Positions 40,437 through 53,009 of a DNA stretch of 64,000 bases are shown here, in pieces. The stretch is taken from assembly GCA_964016885.1 (NCBI GenBank), contig OZ024742.1:31806001-31870000 (forward strand), given 5' to 3'. This stretch comes from Eledone cirrhosa (taxonomy: Eukaryota). How positions within the stretch are numbered: the stretch's first letter is position 1; each line of letters opens with the position of its first letter. The notes under the pieces were generated by a model. That model saw only the letters and a list, made by a program, of their open reading frames with translations, had not been told where the DNA came from and ran no database searches. The position numbers were made by a program, and so were the translations under genes.

Positions 40437-43320
40437 TATATCAAAATAAAGATTCGAAGGCATGGTATAAATTTCCAATCATTTTAATCACGACACATGT
40501 TTGAATAAGAGATAGATCGATCGTGTGGTCATGATCGATTATCACTGATCTCATCAGGTGAATAATGAATTGTCTTCAAATCTTTGATATGAGGGAGGAA
40601 AAACTAATGATGTTCACTCACTAGAGGTCTGTTCCCCATATGAAGATTCAGCAGCCAAAACATGCCAACTGCTATGGTCTTCAGTCAGGGTCATAAATCT
40701 ATCAAGTCTCTATCTCTCAATAGCTGTAAAAGACGCTGGACAGGTCTAATCTCAACATCCAATCTGTAGAATTTCGGTTGGTCACAGTTAGTGTGAGTAT
40801 ACACACACTCACACACACTGACGCGAGGTCAGAGAAAAAATATATATACCAACATAGTATGCACCGAAAGTTAGGCTACAGAACAACAAATGTTATATTG
40901 GTTAAATCTCAAATCTCAATTTTAACGATATAAATTAGAAAAATTGGGTCAACCACAACTCTATACACACGCAAGTAAATGCCGTTCAACATTCTGCTAT
41001 ACATGTATCGATTGAATTGTAACATCCGTATCGTCTAAATAGTGTATGTTTTGGTATATACACATCCATGTGTAGAGCAAGTAGTCAGCTCGTATCGAAC
41101 TCTGTATGTGCCGTTGTCCCATTGAGAATCTGAGTCCCCGAGTCTGTGCGTGCAAGCACCCGCCATGTAGGCCACCAAGGGGCTCCATGTAGGGTTGGGT
41201 ATTTGAGTTAAGGTGTCAGTGTGTGCGTTTTCCCGTCATATGGGCCCTCGGGCTTTTAAGATAAGTATTTGTGTGCTGGAGGTGTGTTACCCAACACAAC
41301 AATAAAAATAAAATAACCAAACCCCGGGGATGTGTGTAAGTGTCATGGACCCATTGATGGCGTGTATGTAGTATTGTCCATTCAGCAACTGTAAGCACTC
41401 TATGGTTAGAGGATCGCAGACCAAAAAAACCTAGTGTAGTATTCAATTGATAAGATCGTGACTAGTCATAACTGTGGGAACTCCGTGTCTAAAGAAACCG
41501 GCTACTGTGTGTAGAATTATGTATAAAGAGCATAATCATTCTTAACTGAGTGTGTAATACGTCTAACTATTTACTGAGAGAACTCTATGGTTAGGGTATT
41601 CTAAACTAATGGTGAGTGCGCGTAATCGGTCTTAACTGAGTGTGTAATTGTTCTAACTATTTACTAACTAGGTATTCTAAAGTAATGGTAAATGTGCACT
41701 CAGCTGTGAGAACACTGTGGAAACATACCAAGTACAGTGTGTAGGTGCGCAAACGATCTTAGCTGTCTACTACCTGAGTGTGTGATTGTCTATTTTTTGC
41801 TAATTGAGAGAACTCTATGGCTAAGGTAAAAAGGATGGAGTTAGTGGTAGGTTACTTTCTAAAAATCCTGAGGAAAGTTTTCGAGGCTCTATGCTGGCAG
41901 GTGCTGAAAAAGTCCGCTCTCCTATTGATTAGTAGGGGGCCGCCTCTAATTATATTAAAGGTTTCAGCTATACATAAATTACAAACGCCCGTGCTGCTGT
42001 TAAATGGCTGGGCTGAGCAAACTATGGACCAAGATAAGGAGTGCTCTATATTCTGTTGTTTAAGCTTCCAGACTAATTCAGAAAGCGCCATGCTATTTTT
42101 TTTTTATCTAATCTATTAAAGGTATGGCGGTGATTATACCATCTATCCTTAAATTCAGTGGCAGTTGCCCCAACATACCTGAACGTTCTATCTAAAGTGG
42201 AGACCTTACAGTCGTAGACTATGTTTTTGGTGAGGCATTTCCCAGCCAAGGGGCAAGCAGCGGTGTTCCTGCAATTACATATTCTGCTACCGACCGGGGT
42301 AGTTCTTGAGGAACCATGGTGCCTCTGTGTCAAGTCTCAGTTCTTGTCTGCTCTATGGGTAAGTTCCCAGGGGTTGGGGTGGCCCGACTCACCTCACGCG
42401 TATGAGTCCGTTCATGCATAGAGTTGCCATTAGTCCTGCCAAGCCTCATCCTGCCCTGGGCTGTCCTAAGTCTACTATAATTCATCTTAGCTATATTCTG
42501 AGCTATGTTACTGGTTGTGGAGTAGGACAGCTTGGTGATATTCCTATTGAATATTTTATAGTATTTCTGTGATCTAGGGAAGCATTTGTCTAAGGCCCTA
42601 AAGAAAAGCTTAGCTATACTAGTGGTCAGGCCGGTGGAGTATGGGGGGCCGTACCACAGGATTTTTCTGGTCTGATGCCTCTTGTTCTTATTATCTATAC
42701 TAGTGTTACCTGCCTCCTTGATTGCTACTGGTCTATTAGAACTGATAACTGCCTGTGGGTCAATGATGCCCCGGGGTGTCCAGGTGGTGTTCGGAATCGT
42801 CCCAAGTCTCCAGGGCGGTGTACCCCCCCATGCAGTTATTGGAATTACCCTCAATAGCCGGGGTTATATCTACTATGCGCCTACTACATTTATCCCTATT
42901 CCCTCTACTCGACCTCCGTTCTATTTTACATTCAACGGTTGTTTTATCAGCTCTACAATTAAGGTTACAATTAAAGTTGCCGCTGGCTGTATGGTGCTCG
43001 GAGACCATGTTTGAACTTGGGTGGTTGTTCTCATTGGTACCGTCGTCATTGGGACTAGGAGGCAATACAACATAAAGTCTATATTGATCCTCCTTCGCTT
43101 CCCGCCTGCTGTTAACTAAAGTGTCACTATTTTGGCCTAAGCTATCGCAGACAATGATGATTGGAAATTTATACCATGCCTTCAGATCTTTATTTTGATA
43201 CAAATATTCCGCTTTACATCATCTAGCTATGCCCATAAATGGAACTGGAGATATACAAAAGCATGGAGAACTTAATATTGCTAACAAAAGTTTATTGGAC
43301 CGTATGACACAACCAATAAT
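40437..43320 (-). mobile_element. 5'-truncated Penelope-like element (Neptune-like) with frameshifted linker and GIY-YIG endonuclease
   Basis: Minus-strand ORF pieces RKILWYGPPYS...KIFNRNITKLSYS, CNCR...CPLAGKC...IVY...YVG...FKDRWYNH and LSELVWKLK...W...CNLCIAE...CQH. About 45-bp inverted ends (40437-40482 vs 43158-43203). Decayed hammerhead at about 40490-40563 (-). (TA)n flanks. Confidence 0.85.
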
Positions 43321-44744
43321 ACACCTTACTATATAACAACTATATATATATATATATATATGGGTGTTCTCTACTTCCGAATTTCATAATGCCATTGAAA
43401 CATGTAAAGAATTTAAAATGATTTAAAAACTAATTTTTCCATCTATATATTTAATTATGTGTGCATATATATACATATATATGTGTGTGTCTGTGATATA
43501 TACATATATATATATTGAAGGATACGTGTCTGAAATGTTAAAACACTTTTCCTACTATATGAAGCGTTAAACTAATATATTTCTTCATTGTACTGTGTCA
43601 TTTGCTTTGTTATTTTTGTTTACGTTTTGCATATATATATACACACACACATCATTATTTTATATCTATTTTCCATGCTTGCATGATTTAGATGGGTTGT
43701 CACACACTGAGACCAGACAAGTCAGGTGACTGTGTCTTGTTCATACTTTCTATTTTGGGGTGGTTTCTATGGTTCAATGCTCTTCCTAATGCTAATTACT
43801 TCATGGTATGTACCAGGAGCATTTTATCATGGAATCCGCACTACCACCCCTTCAGAGTACACTGGGTGTTTTTATTGTGACATCAGCACTAGTAAGTTTC
43901 ACTCAGAAGATAAAAGAGAACTCTCTCTCTATATTTAGTGCACCTAGTACACTCTGTAAAACTGTGGGCAGTGTTAAGAAAGCCACCCAGTTGTAGAACC
44001 CATGCTAAAATGGAAATTTATCAACAAGAAGAGATTCTTTCATTCTTCCAGTCACAAACTGTGATAGGCTGTCCAACCCATGCCAAGAGGATAAGTGAGC
44101 AGAAAATGATGATATATATGTGTGTGTATGTATGTATGTATGTATGTATGTATGTATTTGTATGTGTGTTTATATGTGTGTGTACGTATGTACATGTATG
44201 TATATATGCATATGTGTGTATGTGTATGTATGTATATATTCTCTCTAGGAGAAGGTCACTCTGATATAAAACTTGCGACTTCGTTTGTATCCAATGATGT
44301 AGACCAGTTCTAATGTTTGGGTAAATGCATTCAATGTTCAGAGAGTGGGATTGGCTCCATGCAAAGCCTTTCCTCGCTTAAAAACATTTCAAACACAGAC
44401 ATCACTTGATATGTGACATCTTTTGCATTGCATGGCATTGCTGGCCATAGCTGAAAAAGGCAATACCACATTGTACTACTGCAGGAGGCCCCCATAATTG
44501 CTGCGTCTGTGTGGGAGTGTGCAAGACCCTGCCAGAACTAGGGAGCCACGTCCATGCTACTCATGTTTAAGTATCAAGTGATAGCATTACTCGAAATCGA
44601 GGTGCAGCCATCATGTATGTGCGTGTGTATTTATATATGTGTATGTATATGTGTAAGTATGTATGTGTGTGTATGTATAAATTTACTTGAATTGAAATAG
44701 CCAACCAAATTTACTGCATTTGTTTATTTGGACATAATGTCTAT

Positions 44745-44995
44745 TACTAACTTATGTAATGTGTCTTTCCTTATATGGAAATTTTGGCTGTTATTTTTAG
44801 CTGGTCAAATGACTAACTTATGTAATGTTTCTTTCCTTATATGAAAATGTTGGCTGTTATTTTTAGCTGGTCACAGGACTAACTTATGTAATGTATCTTT
44901 CCTTATATGGAAATTTTGGCTGTTATTTTTAGCAGGTCAAAGGACTAAGTTATATGTGTTTTTCATGGAAGTTTTTACCTGTTATTTTTAGCAAG
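44745..44995. repeat. About 65-bp tandem repeat, about 4 copies
   Basis: actaacttatgtaatg...tggctgttatttttagctggtca. Confidence 0.8.
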
Positions 44996-45609
44996 TTAAG
45001 TGATTCCCTTGCTGGTTGGTTCATAGTAATAGTCTATTAGTGTAGTATTGTTGTTGTTGTTTAATCTCAGGTCAAATACATCTAAGAGAAACATTATCAA
45101 AGGTGTTCCAACTATAACTCTACCGTTATTGTTTTTATTTCCACCTCTTGGCAGCTGATTTCATGTCTCAAACTTTGCCAATCATACCCTCTCCTTATCC
45201 CCTACACCCTTCTATAAAAGTTTACAAGCTTGTTTGGCAGTAGAAGGAGCACATCTGGGGGGGGGGGGGGGGGGAATATTAGATTTGAATCATAAAAACT
45301 GTGATATTTTTATTTAATCAAGATATATAATTGTATGTATGTAGGGGTGTGTATGTATATTTATATTTACAACACTACTAAGTTTTACAGAATAATAAAA
45401 TCTACTACAACCACCAGGTATATATATATATATATAATGTGTGTGTATATCTATATATATATATATATAATATGTGTATATCTATATATACATACATACA
45501 CTCACACGCCTATATGTGTGTGTAAAAGTAATAACAAAAATAACAAAACAAAGGCACAGTACATAGAAGAAATATATTAGTTTAACACTTGAAATAGCAG
45601 GAAGAGAGT

Positions 45610-45644
45610 CTTAACGTTTCAGACACTAGTCTTTCATCAGAAGG
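45610..45644 (-). ncRNA. Minimal hammerhead motif
   Basis: Minus strand: ctt-CTGATGA-a-agac-tagt-gtct-GAAACGTT-aag. Palindromic AACGTT stem III, short stem I. Confidence 0.55.
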
Positions 45645-45819
45645 TAGAGTTAGGAAGAGAAGATAAATAAAAAGTAAAGAGTGATGAGAGGAAGAAAGAG
45701 GGGGAAATGAGAGAAAAATATGGTGGAAAAAAACGTGTGCATATTCAGCCAGCCCATATATGTATATGATGTGTATGATGTATAATACCTTTAACCATTC
45801 TTTATCTATTTAACCCTAG

Positions 45820-45918
45820 GCTGGTGAATCAGCCCTACATGTGTCGGCTCGCTATGGTCATAACCAAATCACAGAATATCTATGTACTGCTGGTATAGAC
45901 ATCAACTTAAGAGATAAT
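45820..45918 (+). CDS. DAPK1: DAPK ankyrin-repeat exon (AGESALHVSARYGHNQITEYLCTAGIDINLRDN)
   Basis: cctag|...|gtaag, 99 bp. Matches GEMALHVAARYGH. Confidence 0.93.
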
Positions 45919-45984
45919 GTAAGTATACTTTCACTTCATAACAAAAAACTGGAATTGGCAAACATCACCCTAAAATATGTTTAA

Positions 45985-46261
45985 CCCTTTAGCATTTAAA
46001 CTGGCCATATCTGGCTAGAATTCTTTCACCTCTTTCTGTTGAAACCGACTGTAACCAGCTGCTCATACTTGTGTTAAGGTATTGTGCTCCAAATAAATAA
46101 CATTAAAATCTCATAGATTCCATATTATATGAGCCCCGTCTAACCCATGCTAGCGTGGAAAATGGCCGTTAAACGAAGATGATGATGAGATAATTATGTG
46201 AGGTAAAACCTTTACTATGGAAATATAATAGTATATGTAGAGTAATGTAAATGTTAAAGAG
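45985..46261. mobile_element. TTAA-type MITE carrying a short RTE/SINE tail insertion (about 46135-46188)
   Basis: ttaa|ccctttagcattt...aatgttaaagag|ttaa. Confidence 0.72.
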
Positions 46262-48963
46262 TTAACCCTTTCATTACAATATTTCTAGTGAAAGACACTG
46301 TCTATATCATTAACCCTTTCATTACCATATTTCTAATGAAATACCCTGTCTATGTCATTAATCCTTTCATTACCATATTTCTAATGAAAGACCCTATCTG
46401 TGTCATTAATCTTTTCATTACCATATTTCTAATGAAAGACCCTATCTATGTCATTAATCCTTTCATTACCATATTACTAATGAAATACCCTGTCTATGTC
46501 ATTAATCCTTTCATTACCATATTTCTAATGAAAGACCCTATCTGTCATTAACCCTTTCATTACCATATTTCTAATGAAAGACCCTATCTATGTCATTAAT
46601 TCTTTCATTACCATATTTCTAATGAAAGACCCTATCTGTCATTAATCCTTTCATTACCATATTTCTAATGAAAGACCCTATCTGTCATTAACCCTTTCAT
46701 TACCATATTTCTAATGAAATACCCTATCTATGTCATTAATCCTTTCATTACCATATTTCTAATGAAAGACACTGTCTATATCATTAATCCTTTCATTACC
46801 ATATTACTAATGAAAGACACTGTCTATGTCATTAATCCTTTCATTACCATATTTCTAATGAAATACCCTATCTATGTCATTAATCCTTTCATTACCATAT
46901 TTCTAATGAAATACCCTATCTATGTCATTAATCCTTTCATTACCATATTTCTAATGAAAGACACTGTCTATGTCATTAATCCTTTCATTACCATATTTCT
47001 AATGAAAGACACTGTCTATATCATTAATCCTTTCATTACCATATTTCTAATGAAAGACACTGTCTATGTCATTAATCCTTTCATTACCATATTTCTAATG
47101 AAAGACACTGTCTATATCATTAATCCTTTCATTACCATATTTCTAATGAAAGACACTGTCTATGTCATTAATCCTTTCATTACCATATTTCTAATGAAAG
47201 ACACTGTCTATATCATTAATCCTTTCATTACCATATTTCTAATGAAAGACACTGTCTATGTCATTAATCCTTTCATTACCATATTTCTAATGAAAGACAC
47301 TGTCTATATCATTAATCCTTTCATTACCATATTTCTAATGAAAGACACTGTCTATGTCATTAATCCTTTCATTACCATATTTCTAATGAAAGACACTGTC
47401 TATATCATTAATCCTTTCATTACCATATTTCTAATGAAAGACACTGTCTATGTCATTAATCCTTTCATTACCATATTTCTAATGAAAGACACTGTCTATA
47501 TCATTAATCCTTTCATTACCATATTTCTAATGAAAGACACTGTCTATGTCATTAATCCTTTCATTACCATATTTCTAATGAAATACCCTGTCTATGCCAT
47601 TAATCCTTTCATTACCATATTTCTAATGAAAGACCCTATCTGTCATTAACCCTTTCATTACCATATTTCTAGTGAAATACCCTATCTATGTCATTAACCC
47701 TTTCATTACCATATTTCTAGTGAAATACCCTATCTATGTCATTAACCCTTTCATTACCATATTTCTAATGAAATACCCTATCTATGTCATTAATCCTTTC
47801 ATTACCATATTTCTAATGAAATACCCTATCTATGTCATTAATCCTTTCATTACCATATATCTAATGAAATACCCTATCTATGTCATTAACCCTTTCATTA
47901 CCATATTTCTAATGAAATACCCTGTCTATGTCATTAATCCTTTCATTACCATATTTCTAATGAAATCCCCTGTCTATGTCATTAATCCTTTCATTACCAT
48001 ATATCTAATGAAATACCCTGTCTATGTCATTAATCCTTTCATTACCATATTTCTAATGAAAGACACTATCATCATCATCATCATCATTTCATTTTACGTC
48101 CGCTTTTTCCCTGCTTGAAAGGGTGGGATGGAAACTGATGCTGACTTGGTTTCTACAGCTGGATGCCCTTCCTAACACCAACCTCATTTACAGTGAGTGC
48201 TGGATGCTTTTTTGCTGTGGCACCTCCACGACCACTCTGCAGTGGAATGATAGGGACCCCAGTCCCTATCATCTCATTTCTACAGCTGAGTAAACTGGAG
48301 CAATGTGAAATAAAGTGTCTTGCTCAAGGAAACAACACATCACCCAGTCTGAGAATTGAACTCACAACCTTTCAATTGCAAGGCCAATGCTCTAATCACT
48401 AAGCCATGTGCCATTAATCCTTTCATTACCATATTTCTAATGAAAGACACTGTCTATGTCATTAATCCTTTCATTACCATATTTCTAATGAAAGACACTG
48501 TCTATGTCATTAATCCTTTCATTACCATATTTCTAATGAAAGACCCTATCTATGTCATTAATCCTTTCATTACCATATTTCTAATGAAAGACCCTATCTA
48601 TGTCATTAATCCTTTCATTAACATATTACTAATGAAAGACACTGTCTATGTCATTAATCCTTTCATTACCATATATCTAATGAAATACCCTATCTATGTC
48701 ATTAATCCTTTCATTACCATATTTCTAATGAAAGACACTGTCTATGTCATTAATCCTTTCATTACCATATTTCTAATGAAAGACACTGTCTATGTCATTA
48801 ATCCTTTCATTACCATATTTCTAATGAAAGACCCTATCTATGTCATTAATCCTTTCATTACCATATTTCTAATGAAAGACCCTATCTATGTCATTAATCC
48901 TTTCATTACCATATTACTAATGAAAGACACTATCTATGTCATTAATCCTTTCATTACCATATT
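46262..48963. repeat. 48-bp minisatellite (same family) interrupted by a SINE
   Basis: Unit ttaatcctttcattaccatatttctaatgaaagacactgtctatgtca. Confidence 0.95.
48070..48412 (-). mobile_element. SINE family A inserted in the 48-bp minisatellite
   Basis: Near-identical to the other copies; the array resumes at 48413. Confidence 0.88.
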
Positions 48964-49864
48964 CCTCCCCCCCCCCTCCTTCCCTGTGTTTTCCTTTGTC
49001 AAAAAATATAGAAGTGTTTCAAAATGTGTTTATAATGTTGAAAATACAAAAAGACAAGAAAATGAGGAAAAGTAAAGGGAGTATAAAAACAACAAAAGGG
49101 TGGGAGGACAAACTCTACACCAGTCATGGGCAACCTGCAGCCCGTGAAGCTTTCTGAATGGCTCGCCTAAGTCACCTAAGTGAAATCGTTCTGATTTTTT
49201 TACCCCAACTTTTCAGATGTAATTTATCTTTCTACCATTTTTACGATCGAGGAAAACAACGTGTACGAATTCTGAAGAAACAAATCAAAACAACCTGAGT
49301 TACCACACTTTTTTTTTTATGTGGGCACGAATGTAAATTAACACTTGCAGCCACCTGATGATGAGCCATATCTCATACAGCCAGCTTCTCGCAAAAGGTT
49401 GCCCATGCCTTCTCTCACCCTTAGCTGAATCGTAAATCTCAGCTACACCCCTACAGACAAGATAATGAAAGGATTGCTGGGGAGAACAGCCAGCAATACC
49501 TGCTCTATCAGCCATTCCACCTCTTAGGATTCCTTCCTCATGTGTGATGCCCTAGTCTCAATTTGGCAGAGGAAAATAGCACTCCAGGCACCAAGGACAC
49601 CTGAAGTCTCAGGTTTTAACTCTTGTAACTTAACAAAACACTTATCAGTTTATGACCGATAAGTTTCAGAAGGCCAGTACTATGTGCTAGAAATATATAT
49701 AAAGGTTGACAAATAAAACAAAACAGAGTAATGTTTTTCTTACCCAGGATATTTTAACATATTTCAGGGCCTATACCCCCTTTTCATATGTAAAATTAAA
49801 ATGGTTTATGTTCTGTTATTTAAAAATTCCTGTTTTCACCAATTTCATTTCTTTGCCCACACAG

Positions 49865-49963
49865 CATGAAGAGACAGCCCTCCACCATGCTGCATGGCAT
49901 GGTTTCTTACCAATTACATATTCCCTGTGCTCAGCTGGGGCACAACTCAACATCCAAAACAAG
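49865..49963 (+). CDS. DAPK1: DAPK ankyrin-repeat exon (HEETALHHAAWHGFLPITYSLCSAGAQLNIQNK)
   Basis: acag|...|gtatg, 99 bp. Matches EETPLHCAAWHG. Confidence 0.93.
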
Positions 49964-50860
49964 GTATGGTTCATATGTTTCTTTCTAACATTACTTTACT
50001 ACTGATCTTCAGTTTATCCTGAACTCAATTGGTGGGAAGGAAGGAAGATGATGTTCTCAAATTAGATTTCTGGTCCAGATACTTTCAAGAGATTGACCCC
50101 TGATACTGTCATGTAAAACCAAGCAGTGGATTAATCAATCCAATCCTGGGCTTTCTCTTTTCTGATGGAGGAACCCGTCCCTGGTTGACCACCACCACTT
50201 TCTATCTGATTTGTATCATACCTTCAGGTGTGTAGCCATACTCACCATGCTTGGCCAATTGTTGGTTAATGAGACTATTTAAGCCATATTTGGTGTGGAT
50301 GGCCATTGATTCTGAGGAGTTCATTTGCCCTTTTAACAGCTCTTGCTTTTTTTGTGCTGCTGGGGTTCCACTTACCCTCTTCACAAGAGCAGGTTTAGTC
50401 ACCAACCACTCAACCGTGAAGCAGGTTGTACTGGGTTACATGGTACCAGTAGCAGATATCTTCACAATAAGCCATCACTACTGGCCTCTTTCCTCTATCC
50501 TGCATAGATGGGTTGCTTGAAGAAGAGAAGGTAACATCAAGCACTTTTAATGCCAACTACAATGCCATGGACACACGGTCAAAAATATAATACCAGATCA
50601 GAAATGGGAATATTTTTTTTTTTTTATTTGCATGGTCCCATAACCTCTGAGGGAGTCGTAGGGGCGCCATATTGATATATGACATTTCTAGGGAAATTTT
50701 TTAAAACTTGATGGAGCCTATCTCCTCTCAAGGTCTGAGTACTGCAGATCTCTTCCAAAGGATTGAGACAGTGAAGAATGGAAGTGAGAAATGGGAATAT
50801 AAATAAATGTAAATATTTAGTATTTCTAATGAAATCTCTGTTATTTCTTGATGTTTGTAG

Positions 50861-50959
50861 GATGGAGAAACTGCTCTGCATTGTGCAGCAGCTCGCGGCC
50901 ACACCGAATGTGTTAAAGTGTTGCTCCAGCATGATGCTCAGACAAGTTTAGTTGACAAA
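50861..50959 (+). CDS. DAPK1: DAPK ankyrin-repeat exon (DGETALHCAAARGHTECVKVLLQHDAQTSLVDK)
   Basis: tgtag|...|gtaag, 99 bp. Confidence 0.93.
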
Positions 50960-53009
50960 GTAAGACATCATCTTTACATACTGTTTATCTTTTACTCTCT
51001 TATACCTACAATGTTGTTGTTGTTATTACTATTGCTATCATCATCATCATTTTACATCCATTGTTCCACACTTGCATGGGTTGGACAGGTCTTTCTCAAT
51101 ACAGCATCTTTCCATTTGTTGTATTCCTTTGTCATCTCATCTGTGAGTTTTAGTGATCTGAGATCAGTTCTCACTACTTCCATCCATATTTTGCTTGATC
51201 TTCCTATACTGTGGCTTCCTTCCACTGGGATTACTTGACATTTCTTCACCCAACAATCATATATATATATATATATATATATATCATCATCATCATCATT
51301 TTATGTCTGTTGTTCCACACTAGCATGGATTGGACAGGTCCTTATCAGTACAGCATCTTTCCACTTGTGTTCTTTTGTCATCTCCTCCATGAGCTTTAGC
51401 AATCTAAGATCAGCTCTCATCTACTTTAGATCTTTTACTTTGGAGGTGAATATTACACCAGTTTTACTTCAGAGGTGAATATTACACTGGTTTCAATTCG
51501 GAGGTGAATTTTGTTTTGAACAAATATGACCTTCAAAATGGTTGGAAATTGTTAAAAAAATCATTATGTAATGGAGTTATGAAACAAAATGTGTACTCTA
51601 ATACATTTTAGATATTACATTATTAAAATTTCATAAATATATTCTCCACTCTTGAGAATTTCAAAACTGTACCATCTAATCATATTGTGTTGATTACCTG
51701 CCTTGACTTATAAACAGGGTTTGGGTTTTTGTTTATTTCTCAGGCGTAAAATAGGAGGTTAGGTTATATTTGAGTATATATGGTAATTATGTGTGAAAGA
51801 CTGGTGCTGGTGCCACAATAAAATGGTCATAGTAGAGTATTGTAATGTATGTAAGAGAGATATGGACATCAGGCAGTCTGAGAGGTCAGTAGCTCCACTT
51901 GAAGGCTGATTCCGTCAGTGATGACCTGTCCAAACCTTGCTTACAGAGAAAGTGAACGTTGAATAATGATGATGATGACAAATACAGATTGTATAAATCT
52001 GTCTCTCTCCCCCTCTCTCTCATGTGTAAATTATCTGTGTATGTATAGATAAGCACACATACTATACAAACGTATATATACACGTGTGTGTGTGTGTGTG
52101 TGTGTATATATATTTATATATATAGTGTGGAAGATGGACGTTAAATGATGGTGATGATGATGATATATAAATGGCTTCTAGAGGACTAGAACTGTTTCAT
52201 TTGTATATACATTTATATATATATTCACTAAAATTACTACATGCAAAATCTATATAAAGAAAATGATTAAAATACACACATAAGCCCACATATATATGTA
52301 TCTATGTATACATATATATATATGTATGTATATATGTATATATATATATACACACTTTGATTACTAAAAGCAAAATCTATATAAAGAAAATGATTAAAAC
52401 ACACACACACAATTAGAAGGGATCAATATGTACTGAAAGTAGATAAGTGAGTGTAATTATGGTGGTGGTGGTGGTGGTGGTTGTGGCAGTAGGGGTGGTG
52501 GTGGCAGTAGTGTTGGTGTTGGTGAGAGTGGGGGTGTGAGTGGCTGTTGTGATGTTGGCAGTAGGGGTGGTGGTGGCAGTAGTGTTGGTAGTTGTGGTGG
52601 TGGTGGCAGTAGTGTTGGTGAGAGTGGGGGTGTGAGTGGCTGTTGTGATGTTGGCAGTAGTGTTGGTGGCGGTGGTAGGGTGTGGTAAGTTTAGTGGTGG
52701 CAGCCTGGGAGATGGTGATGATGGCTGCAGTACAGTGTTTGTAGGGGGTTTTATGTCCAGGGGGGTTGGTGGTAGGAGGAGAGGTGTCACATTAATTTGT
52801 GCAGTTCCATTTAAAGAATTACTTAATAAATATTATTGAGGCAATATATATGTTGACCGATAACCAGGGTTATAGTAGTTCTACCACTTAGTACCATTGG
52901 TTAGTAAATATTGTAGTTATGTAGTTTGTACCGGATGAAGTGGAAGAGAGGGGGCAGAGGGTCAGGATTTAGAAGAAAAAAAATACTCAAAACAAAATTG
53001 TCAATATAG

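Noticed and set aside
43513-43545. Hammerhead-like TTGAAGG...GAAA (also 39765-39815 on minus)
   Set aside because: Core mutated and stem I not recoverable; probably decayed relics, so not called as ribozymes.
46262-48963. CRISPR-like regular repeats
   Set aside because: No unique spacers, no cas genes, eukaryotic intron.
49120-49300. hAT-like terminus (cagtcatgggcaacctgcagccc)
   Set aside because: Only one end is visible, with no partner TIR or TSD found.
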